This document shows positions 7,972 to 14,519 of a stretch of DNA of 64,000 nucleotides, piece after piece (the first letter of the stretch is position 1; each line of letters starts with the position of its first letter). The translations under genes were made by a program, and so were the position numbers. Location of the stretch: positions 1 to 64,000 of the IMG/VR virus record IMGVR_UViG_3300030099_007635; one strand, given 5' to 3'. Below the pieces are notes generated by a model. It saw nothing but the letters and a program-made list of their open reading frames with translations. It had not been told where the DNA came from and did not search any database. This stretch comes from a virus.

Positions 7972-8090
7972 TTCTTTTCTTTCTCTTTTTCTAGGAGTTC
8001 ACGTTCTTGGTCGGTGTTAATCCCTAAGAAGCGGCACAGTAAAAGCATGAACGCTATCCAGGCGGTAATAATTAATATCCATGTTAACAC
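7968..8090 (-). CDS. 40-aa single-TM peptide (GTG start)
   Basis: Hand-translated; 6 nt after TATAAT; ATGA overlap with next gene. Confidence 0.55.
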   Translation of the reverse strand: MLTWILIITAWIAFMLLLCRFLGINTDQERELLEKEKEKK

Positions 8091-8096
8091 GTTGTC

Positions 8097-8124
8097 ATTA
8101 TAATGCAGATGAAATCCCCGTCAA
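8097..8124 (-). promoter_or_regulatory. sigma70-like promoter TTGACG-N16-TATAAT
   Basis: Near-consensus boxes, 6 nt before GTG. Confidence 0.7.
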
Positions 8125-8151
8125 GAGATTTTTTCCAGATTCTTGAAAAAA

Positions 8152-8157
8152 GTGTAA
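8152..8157 (+). promoter_or_regulatory. GTGTAA motif
   Basis: 10 nt before ATG 8168. Confidence 0.55.
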
Positions 8158-8167
8158 CTTAAGAGGT

Positions 8168-8452
8168 ATGCCGTTAGATTTACTAGGAGAAATTCACTAC
8201 AGTCACTCATCGGGGTCGGGGGACTGGGCCACCTTTAGGAGTGAGGTAACAGGAATGTATACACTAAGTGGTGGTTTATCTCTAAACGGTGGGTGGTTTG
8301 AACAGCACTTAATAAAAGAGTATAATCGGAAAGTTGATGAGCTTCATACAAGCTGGACGGGAAACGCACCAGTAACCACGGGATTATTGATAGAACCTTA
8401 TGACGCAGGTTTTAGCTATCAAGGAACAGGGGACTTCAGAAATTATCCTTAA
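8168..8452 (+). CDS. hypothetical protein (SG/TG-rich, possibly virion-associated)
   Basis: Isolated plus-strand ORF with GTGTAA motif; composition like the tail proteins. Confidence 0.6.
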   Translation: MPLDLLGEIHYSHSSGSGDWATFRSEVTGMYTLSGGLSLNGGWFEQHLIKEYNRKVDELHTSWTGNAPVTTGLLIEPYDAGFSYQGTGDFRNYP

Positions 8453-8982
8453 ACCTGCTCTAAGGGAATATGATACTTGGCATAGGGTAAGAACCAGTGC
8501 TCGCAGTTATCTAAAACATCTTTAAGTAAAACCATAGACATCATATCTTTTCTTCCTTTGCGTCTATATCCTTTATAAAGGCATGAATCGACCCTACTAA
8601 CAGTTTCTCGTAGATTGCATTTTTCTTTCGCTAGGTTATATAAATCTACATTTTTTGCATGAAGAAAGAAAGCCCCAAAATCAAAAGCTATCCAGAGGGG
8701 AGTGCCATTTTCGTTACACCACCCTGTCTTTCCATTCACATTTAGAAACTCCAATAATATTTTACCCTCCCGCGTTGAGTTTTTTAATCCTTTTAAATCG
8801 ACGGTTTCTCCATTTACCACGAAATCAACATGACCTATATCTTGAACCTTACCAGTCTTTTTTATGGTTAGGCCAGCAGAGAGACAGGAGTGTTGATATC
8901 TCTCTGTAGATTCGTCTATTAGTTTTTGGGTGTGGGCTACATGGGTAGAACCTGAAAGTCCCTTTGCCTTATCTGAGATCAT
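8449..8982 (-). CDS. PD-(D/E)XK-like nuclease-fold protein
   Basis: HVDFVV....VDLK, LEF..V.GK.GW. Confidence 0.55.
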   Translation of the reverse strand: MISDKAKGLSGSTHVAHTQKLIDESTERYQHSCLSAGLTIKKTGKVQDIGHVDFVVNGETVDLKGLKNSTREGKILLEFLNVNGKTGWCNENGTPLWIAFDFGAFFLHAKNVDLYNLAKEKCNLRETVSRVDSCLYKGYRRKGRKDMMSMVLLKDVLDNCEHWFLPYAKYHIPLEQV

Positions 8983-9085
8983 TTGAGTATATTAATTGAA
9001 TAATCAAAAGAAGTCCAGCAAAAACATACAGAGTTATACTGCTCAACACTAAAGAAGTTATTAAAAATAGTAGAGAGTAATTCAT
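8969..9085 (-). CDS. 38-aa hydrophobic peptide (MNYSLLFLITSLVLSSITLYVFAGLLLIIQLIYSNDLR)
   Basis: Hand-translated; overlaps a promoter, so may be spurious. Confidence 0.35.
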   Translation of the reverse strand: MNYSLLFLITSLVLSSITLYVFAGLLLIIQLIYSNDLR

Positions 9086-9092
9086 ATAGAGC

Positions 9093-9119
9093 AAAAACCC
9101 CCACCCACAGGATGGAGGT
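9093..9119 (-). terminator. intrinsic terminator after holin-like gene
   Basis: ACCTCCATCC-TGT-GGGTGGGGGT followed by TTTT. Confidence 0.65.
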
Positions 9120-9153
9120 GCCTAGAGTTTAGCCCTTAGACTAACCCGTAGAC

Positions 9154-9336
9154 TTACTTCTGCTTGGCTTTCCCAATGTTTAAAGCTGCCCAATCAATAA
9201 CTTTGTAAAGCTTGGACAGAAAAGTCCCCTCTTTAGGGGTAGGGGTTGCAGCCGCAACTGCTGACGCAAGAGCGATAACAGACGCAACTACACCAAACCA
9301 AGGGTTATCCTGAACTAGTTGTAGAATAGTATCCAT
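9154..9336 (-). CDS. small holin-like membrane protein
   Basis: MDTILQL..TM..ASAVAAATPTP....KLYKVIDWAALNIGKAK; start 9336 follows GTGTAA. Confidence 0.55.
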   Translation of the reverse strand: MDTILQLVQDNPWFGVVASVIALASAVAAATPTPKEGTFLSKLYKVIDWAALNIGKAKQK

Positions 9337-9344
9337 GTCCTTAT

Positions 9345-9350
9345 TTACAC
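9345..9350 (-). promoter_or_regulatory. GTGTAA motif
   Basis: 8 nt before ATG 9336. Confidence 0.55.
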
Positions 9351-9950
9351 CTAATCGGGCTGAACGTGGCTTGAGTTTCTCATTTTTTGCCAAAAATTTC
9401 TGTCAGCCCACTCTTCTTGAAATCTTTCTTTATTGGCTTTTTTCCACCTTTCATAAGAATCTTTTGTTATTTGGAGGGCAACATTTCTAGACCTCCAATC
9501 GCCCACTTTGGTATCAGAATCTCTGTCTATCTTGTATATTTTGAAAAATTGCCTATATATCTTAAGGTGCGAAGACTCAATATCATGAACTGTTTTATAT
9601 TTTTCTAGGGGTGACCAGTGTGGAACGGCAATAATTTTATTGTCTATTTGCCCACCATCAACAAAACCCAATACCCCCAAAACCCTACACGAAACTAAAC
9701 TACCCCTATCAATAGGGTCATGATTAAAAACTAAAACATCAAGTGGATCATCATCCAATGCAATAGTCTGTGGGACAAAACCATAATTAATCGGATATTT
9801 TAGGGAAGAAACTAAACATCTATCTAATTTAAATATATTTAAATTCTCATCATACTCGTATTTTGTATTGGTTCCCTTAGGAATCTCGACAATACAATTT
9901 ATATGATCGTAATCATCTGTGGTAATCGGTATGTCATTTACTAAGTTCAT
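9351..9950 (-). CDS. ppa: family I inorganic pyrophosphatase
   Basis: VEIPKG..KYE, DR, YPINYGFVPQT..DDDPLDVLV, D.KII. Confidence 0.9.
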   Translation of the reverse strand: MNLVNDIPITTDDYDHINCIVEIPKGTNTKYEYDENLNIFKLDRCLVSSLKYPINYGFVPQTIALDDDPLDVLVFNHDPIDRGSLVSCRVLGVLGFVDGGQIDNKIIAVPHWSPLEKYKTVHDIESSHLKIYRQFFKIYKIDRDSDTKVGDWRSRNVALQITKDSYERWKKANKERFQEEWADRNFWQKMRNSSHVQPD

Positions 9951-10087
9951 CTCTTCTTACCTTGCCCTCTATATTTTTTCTTATAGAGCTTACTTTGTTT
10001 ATTATTAGAGCTTTTGCTTTTAGCGTGAACCCCTTTATTCCTCTTTTGTTTCTTAAGGGAATATACTGATGTTGTTTTTTTAGCCAT
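9947..10087 (-). CDS. very basic 46-aa phage protein
   Basis: MAKK...GVHAKSKSS...YKKKYRGQGK. Confidence 0.65.
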   Translation of the reverse strand: MAKKTTSVYSLKKQKRNKGVHAKSKSSNNKQSKLYKKKYRGQGKKR

Positions 10088-10088
10088 A

Positions 10089-10379
10089 TTAAAGTAAAAC
10101 GTAGGTTGGAGCGATCTCCTCGATTTCTTCGCAAACACTTTCAATTTCGCGCCTGTTCATTTTTTCAGTAAACTGTTTCAGTTTGCTTACTTCGCAACAA
10201 AACCTCTGGTATTCGTGACTTTGGGTTATCTTTTGCTTGGTTTTACAATCGTAAATAAAACCATCTAAGACTTCATATCTTGTAGGGTCAATGCATTTTT
10301 CGATTGGGTCAAAAACAGAGTGACCTACAACGTAATTAAAGATGTCGTGACGACTAACCTTAATGTTAACTTTCTCCAT
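10089..10379 (-). CDS. hypothetical protein
   Basis: ORF; TATAAT 6 nt upstream. Confidence 0.65.
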   Translation of the reverse strand: MEKVNIKVSRHDIFNYVVGHSVFDPIEKCIDPTRYEVLDGFIYDCKTKQKITQSHEYQRFCCEVSKLKQFTEKMNRREIESVCEEIEEIAPTYVLL

Positions 10380-10410
10380 CTCCCTATTATAATAGGAAGG
10401 TAAAGTTAAT

Positions 10411-11031
10411 CTACAGAATTCTTATTCTACTACGAATTTTTGAAACGTGGCGTTTCTTTTCTAGCACTGATCCACCCTCCCTGCTCCCAGCACCATTAGT
10501 ATTACCTTCAATGGTGACTACATAACCGCTTGAATCTACGTCTTTTACCGCGATTCCAATATGAGAAAAAGTAAACACAACAATATCGCCAGCTTTAATG
10601 TCTTCGTTTGTGGGTTTACGCAGTTCTATTCCTCTATTTGATTCTTGTTTAGCCCAGTTTTCAAAGTCCCACGCTCCTGCGGTTCTGGGGCGCTTAAAGG
10701 ATACTTCCTCTCCCTCTATAGCTTCCCTGACTAACCAGCAAATAAAAGCAGCACACCAAGGCCAACCCTTTTCAGCATCGAGCCATGTAGCCGCCTTGTA
10801 TTCATCAACTCTTGGCCCACAATTACTACCATCCACCTCGGATACTCCTATTTCTTCTCTTGCTAATGAAACCATTTTTTCAGGAATACTTCCCTTTGGA
10901 GCAGCAGTTTCCTTGGTAGATAGTTTAGCTAAAATAGCATTCCATGTCACAGGACCATCTGCACCATCCGCAGAAACTCCCAAAATCTTTTGGACTGCTC
11001 TAACCACCTCTTTTTTTCCTTTAAAATTCAT
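10411..11031 (-). CDS. endolysin: peptidoglycan-binding domain + CHAP amidase/peptidase
   Basis: VQKILGVSADGADGPVT; WCAAFICW, SHIGI, TIEGNT. Confidence 0.85.
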   Translation of the reverse strand: MNFKGKKEVVRAVQKILGVSADGADGPVTWNAILAKLSTKETAAPKGSIPEKMVSLAREEIGVSEVDGSNCGPRVDEYKAATWLDAEKGWPWCAAFICWLVREAIEGEEVSFKRPRTAGAWDFENWAKQESNRGIELRKPTNEDIKAGDIVVFTFSHIGIAVKDVDSSGYVVTIEGNTNGAGSREGGSVLEKKRHVSKIRSRIRIL

Positions 11032-11633
11032 CTACACCTCCTACTAAATGATGCACATATTGACATTACAACCGATAAAACAATAGCTAGAATCATAAAG
11101 TCTCTAAAATTATGTATTCTTTCATGTAATTCCTCAGACTTTCTTTCATTATAATACATCTTAGTATCCATAATGTTATTGATAGCCTCGATAGTTGGAT
11201 CGGTCATCGTATACATGTGAGGAATCGAAGCTTTAATGCTATCAACGTCTTCTTTGTTTCCCCACTCAATCAATTGACTAACATAAGAACTTATTTTCTT
11301 CTCTTGCTCAAAAACAAAATCTGCATATTCAGTCTCATCGGGAGTAATATCTTTCTTGTAGCCCTCTAGATATTCGTCTTTATTTACACTTTCCTCCTCT
11401 AGAACTTCAACCATTTCACTAGGAGATATAATACCGTGGGAAGTTTTTATGACAGAATCTACGATGATCACACCATACCAATCAAAGCACATTCCGATCT
11501 CCATGATAGATGACTCCGATTGACGAGCATTTTCTGCTAGTGTGTTATTTATATCCTCTGTGAGAGTAGCACCTCTCCAGCCAAAAATTAAACAAATTGC
11601 AGCTAGGCAATAAACAATAAACTTAGGTCTCAT
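11028..11633 (-). CDS. stand-alone chemoreceptor-type four-helix-bundle (4HB_MCP-like) periplasmic domain between two TM helices
   Basis: TM1 aa 5-22; Y.V.IVD...K...G, Y....TPDE, MY...DP..E.I..I; TM2 near C-terminus; no HAMP or signalling domain. Confidence 0.65.
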   Translation of the reverse strand: MRPKFIVYCLAAICLIFGWRGATLTEDINNTLAENARQSESSIMEIGMCFDWYGVIIVDSVIKTSHGIISPSEMVEVLEEESVNKDEYLEGYKKDITPDETEYADFVFEQEKKISSYVSQLIEWGNKEDVDSIKASIPHMYTMTDPTIEAINNIMDTKMYYNERKSEELHERIHNFRDFMILAIVLSVVMSICASFSRRCR

Positions 11634-11947
11634 TTTTTAATAAATTTTTCTGGGTTCTTGGCGAATTTTTCCCCTAATCGCACGATACCACTAATTACTT
11701 CTGGGCTAATTACACCAATGATACCATAAGTGATCGCTTTTGTAAGTGAGGATACGTCTGTTTGTTCTAATACAAACCAAGCAATTCCAGCGGCTATAGC
11801 CGCCGTAAGCACTCTTTTAAATTGTTGTTTTAATGAAAGACCACTATTCCCCGATAATAGCCTTGCAAACATTGCTGCTGCACCCACCAAAGGCACAAGC
11901 CAGCCCCCGTTTAAAAACTCTTTTAAAATAGATTTTTCAGGTTCCAT
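11630..11947 (-). CDS. putative holin, 3 TM helices
   Basis: Three hydrophobic segments, basic C-terminus, first gene of endolysin operon. Confidence 0.65.
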   Translation of the reverse strand: MEPEKSILKEFLNGGWLVPLVGAAAMFARLLSGNSGLSLKQQFKRVLTAAIAAGIAWFVLEQTDVSSLTKAITYGIIGVISPEVISGIVRLGEKFAKNPEKFIKK

Positions 11948-11957
11948 GTTTATTTAT

Positions 11958-11963
11958 TTACAC
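11958..11963 (-). promoter_or_regulatory. GTGTAA motif heading lysis operon
   Basis: 10 nt before ATG 11947, just downstream of a terminator. Confidence 0.6.
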
Positions 11964-11970
11964 GGGATAC

Positions 11971-11999
11971 AAAAAAAGCCCCCCTTGCGGGAGGCTTTT
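11971..11999 (-). terminator. intrinsic terminator, probably bidirectional
   Basis: AAAAGCCTCCC-GCAA-GGGGGGCTTTTTTT. Confidence 0.85.
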
Positions 12000-12027
12000 C
12001 TTTTACTTTTTTAAAAACGTAGAGTTA

Positions 12028-12720
12028 TTAGAATTTGTATGAAACTCCTGCTCCAATCGACCACTCATTATCTAAGCTGTATGCGCTAGAAGAATCAAGA
12101 TCGTTATCGTTATAACCTCCTTTTACAAAAACAGAAGCCGCTTCAGTGATTTTGTAAGAGGCCGCTAAGCCAGCTTCAAAAGCTGTATATTCATCAGCAA
12201 GATTAAGTCCAGCAAAAGGTGTCAATACTAAACCGTCTACTGGAGTGTCAATATCGCGAGAAAGAATAAACTCTACTCCATATGCACCGCCAGAACCACC
12301 GCCTACTTCATGCCATAGAGTAGCTGTAAGATCTGCAAGGGCGTGACTGTAAGTAAGGCTTGCTCCGACTTCATCCCAACCACCAAAGGAAGAATCAATC
12401 CTTTGGAAGTAGAAGTCAGCTTCAAGGTCTTGACCTAAAAGACTAATACCTCTGGAATAAGACAAGGAAATGTCTTGTTCATAGCCTCCGTCAACATCGA
12501 AAATGTCAATGCCAACTGAAGCAGTCCCTCCCGCTTTTACTGGAGCAGAGAGTGTGAGAGAATAGCTAAATGCGTCATCTCTGATTCCGACTCCTCCACT
12601 AGTGGAAAGAGTGCTGTATGAAACACCACCTTCTACAGAGACATCTGCGAGAGTGGTGGCTTTAACTGCGCCAACCATAGCAGCGCCCATCAGTAGTGTT
12701 GTAAGAATTAATTTCTTCAT
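12028..12720 (-). CDS. outer-membrane beta-barrel protein (TorF/TIGR02001-like porin fold)
   Basis: Signal peptide, alternating amphipathic strands, C-terminal Bam signal GVSYKF. Confidence 0.75.
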   Translation of the reverse strand: MKKLILTTLLMGAAMVGAVKATTLADVSVEGGVSYSTLSTSGGVGIRDDAFSYSLTLSAPVKAGGTASVGIDIFDVDGGYEQDISLSYSRGISLLGQDLEADFYFQRIDSSFGGWDEVGASLTYSHALADLTATLWHEVGGGSGGAYGVEFILSRDIDTPVDGLVLTPFAGLNLADEYTAFEAGLAASYKITEAASVFVKGGYNDNDLDSSSAYSLDNEWSIGAGVSYKF

Positions 12721-12726
12721 ATTTGT

Positions 12727-12756
12727 CTATTATTACAGTTTTTTCATCTTTGTCAA
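12727..12756 (-). promoter_or_regulatory. sigma70-like promoter (TTGACA ... TAATAATAG)
   Basis: Perfect -35; AT-rich -10 region close to ATG 12720. Confidence 0.55.
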
Positions 12757-13160
12757 CTCAATTTTACACATTCTATGTTATAAAAGTCAAAAATGTCTAA
12801 AGCCTTCATGTCTCGTTCATATTCTTGGCCATAAACAACTTTAGGGATATTATAAGATGCTATTAAAGTAGCACATGAAGCGCACGGCAAAAGGGTAACA
12901 GCTAATAATTCCACTTCTCCCCTCTTTACCAAGCTTAAACAATTAGCTTCTGCATGAATCATGTAAGGTCTTCTATCTCGCCTTACCGCCCAAAAGTATT
13001 TATCTACTTTTTTTCCTGTAGCTAAACCATTATAGCCAACAGCTAAGACCATATTGTCCTTATTTAAAGCACATGCACCAACCTTCATGAAGGGGTCTTC
13101 GCTCCGTTCAGACGCAGTTTTAGCTATGTTTAAAGCGTATTGTTCCCATGAAATTCTCAT
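12753..13160 (-). CDS. dCMP deaminase (ComEB-like)
   Basis: RSEDP..KVGA, GYNG, HAEAN, PCASC. Confidence 0.9.
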   Translation of the reverse strand: MRISWEQYALNIAKTASERSEDPFMKVGACALNKDNMVLAVGYNGLATGKKVDKYFWAVRRDRRPYMIHAEANCLSLVKRGEVELLAVTLLPCASCATLIASYNIPKVVYGQEYERDMKALDIFDFYNIECVKLS

Positions 13161-13209
13161 AGTAATCCTCCAGGTCTACGCGAGGCAACGGCTCGATTAA
13201 ATTTTTTCG

Positions 13210-13494
13210 TTATTTGGAATAAATTTCTCTTTCGAGTCGCCTATAGCGAGCATCAGAGTGCCACACCTCATCAGTTTGAGGGGTATAGACTCCATCTATT
13301 GTTTGAATAGGACTATTCTTCTTGAGCCTTAGAGTAGAAGGCTGATATATGTTCAAATTGTTCACGCTCATATTTGAGTTGCTTACGCAGGAGGTCAGCC
13401 CGATCAGCATCGTTGCTATCCCCACTCTCCCTAAGCTCTTCAATTTGGTAAATAAGCTCTTGCTCTGTCTCTTTGTGCTGCCAGTATAAGTCAT
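13210..13494 (-). CDS. putative lipoprotein (o-spanin candidate); start uncertain
   Basis: KLKSLGRVGIATMLIGLTSC lipobox; overlaps upstream ORF out of frame. Confidence 0.5.
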   Translation of the reverse strand: MTYTGSTKRQSKSLFTKLKSLGRVGIATMLIGLTSCVSNSNMSVNNLNIYQPSTLRLKKNSPIQTIDGVYTPQTDEVWHSDARYRRLEREIYSK

Positions 13495-13567
13495 AATAAA
13501 ATTTTTTATTTTTTAAACTAAGAAAAAGTTCTAAAGATTTGAAAATAGATTTAATTAGCGCGAACAT
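13313..13567 (-). CDS. coiled-coil protein (i-spanin candidate)
   Basis: Amphipathic/hydrophobic N-terminus then charged helix; overlaps the lipoprotein gene. Confidence 0.45.
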   Translation of the reverse strand: MFALIKSIFKSLELFLSLKNKKFYYDLYWQHKETEQELIYQIEELRESGDSNDADRADLLRKQLKYEREQFEHISAFYSKAQEE

Positions 13568-13755
13568 TTTGCCTCCTTTTTGAAGGTGAAAACTTCTTTT
13601 TCGGTCCCATCTTCAAAGACCTCTCTGACTGAACCGTTGACTGTTTTAGCGCAGTCGATGGCCCAAACCAACGCTCCTTCTAAAGAGGGGCTATAGGCAT
13701 GATGGTATTCTCCTTTGCGATTGTATACTCTGTAAAGAGTGGCTTTACTTTTCAT
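13555..13755 (-). CDS. hypothetical protein
   Basis: ORF track, coupled overlaps. Confidence 0.6.
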   Translation of the reverse strand: MKSKATLYRVYNRKGEYHHAYSPSLEGALVWAIDCAKTVNGSVREVFEDGTEKEVFTFKKEAKCSR

Positions 13756-14477
13756 TTTTGAGGTATGAATTCAAGTGCTACCCTGCCCACGTTGTTTTGA
13801 TTATCGGACAGGAACCCGTGAATTAAAACACGATCCGCAAGAAAGTCAACCTTTTTTTCATCTAAAATGTAAATTCCATCTTCAAAGATAAGTTCTCTGA
13901 GTCTAGAAGGTGGATTGTTTTTATCAGGGTAGACCTTTCCCAGAGAAGCTTTTTTCTCTATCAGGTGCTCAGTAGTATTATTAGTGCCTACTACTTTAAA
14001 TTTAGCATTCATACGGTTACTTTTACACCAAACTACAGTATTTGGTGGGTCATTAAATATTATGGCTGTTTTGTCGTATCTTTCAATCCATTTTTTATAA
14101 GTCTCTACTTTGTATTTTCTCCTTATTTCGCTTTTAATGTAGTTTTTATTGTATGTTGTTATGGCTTTATCGAAAATATCGTGAAGTGTGGTTATCAAGG
14201 TAGAGCTTGAGGAGTTTTCTCTAATTCCAAAAAGGAAACTTACATCGAAGTAGGATTTCGATGGGTCTAAAAAAACAGCCGCCGCAATTTTTGAATCATT
14301 CTCAGCCATGTAAGTGATGCAATTTTTCATGTAAAACTCAAACGTCCTTCTAATTTTTTCTCTTTTTAAATGAGGGCTTCGCAACTTTGTTAAATCATAT
14401 GGTTGAGACTTGATAAAGAAATCTATGAAATAAGGCCAAAGCTTAAAGTCGTCCTGTTTTAACTGTGTAATTTTCAC
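13752..14477 (-). CDS. hypothetical protein
   Basis: ORF track; divergent from tail operon. Confidence 0.6.
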   Translation of the reverse strand: MKITQLKQDDFKLWPYFIDFFIKSQPYDLTKLRSPHLKREKIRRTFEFYMKNCITYMAENDSKIAAAVFLDPSKSYFDVSFLFGIRENSSSSTLITTLHDIFDKAITTYNKNYIKSEIRRKYKVETYKKWIERYDKTAIIFNDPPNTVVWCKSNRMNAKFKVVGTNNTTEHLIEKKASLGKVYPDKNNPPSRLRELIFEDGIYILDEKKVDFLADRVLIHGFLSDNQNNVGRVALEFIPQK

Positions 14478-14505
14478 ATCTTTATTATATTATATAATAA
14501 TAAAA

Positions 14506-14511
14506 GTGTAA
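14506..14511 (+). promoter_or_regulatory. GTGTAA motif heading tail-tip operon
   Basis: 8 nt before ATG 14520. Confidence 0.6.
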
Positions 14512-14519
14512 ATCTAAAC

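Noticed and set aside
9085-9153. tRNA or riboswitch in short intergenic gaps (also 13161-13209 and 36310-36369)
   Set aside because: No cloverleaf, T-loop or known aptamer consensus seen; an Infernal/tRNAscan run would be needed to exclude them formally
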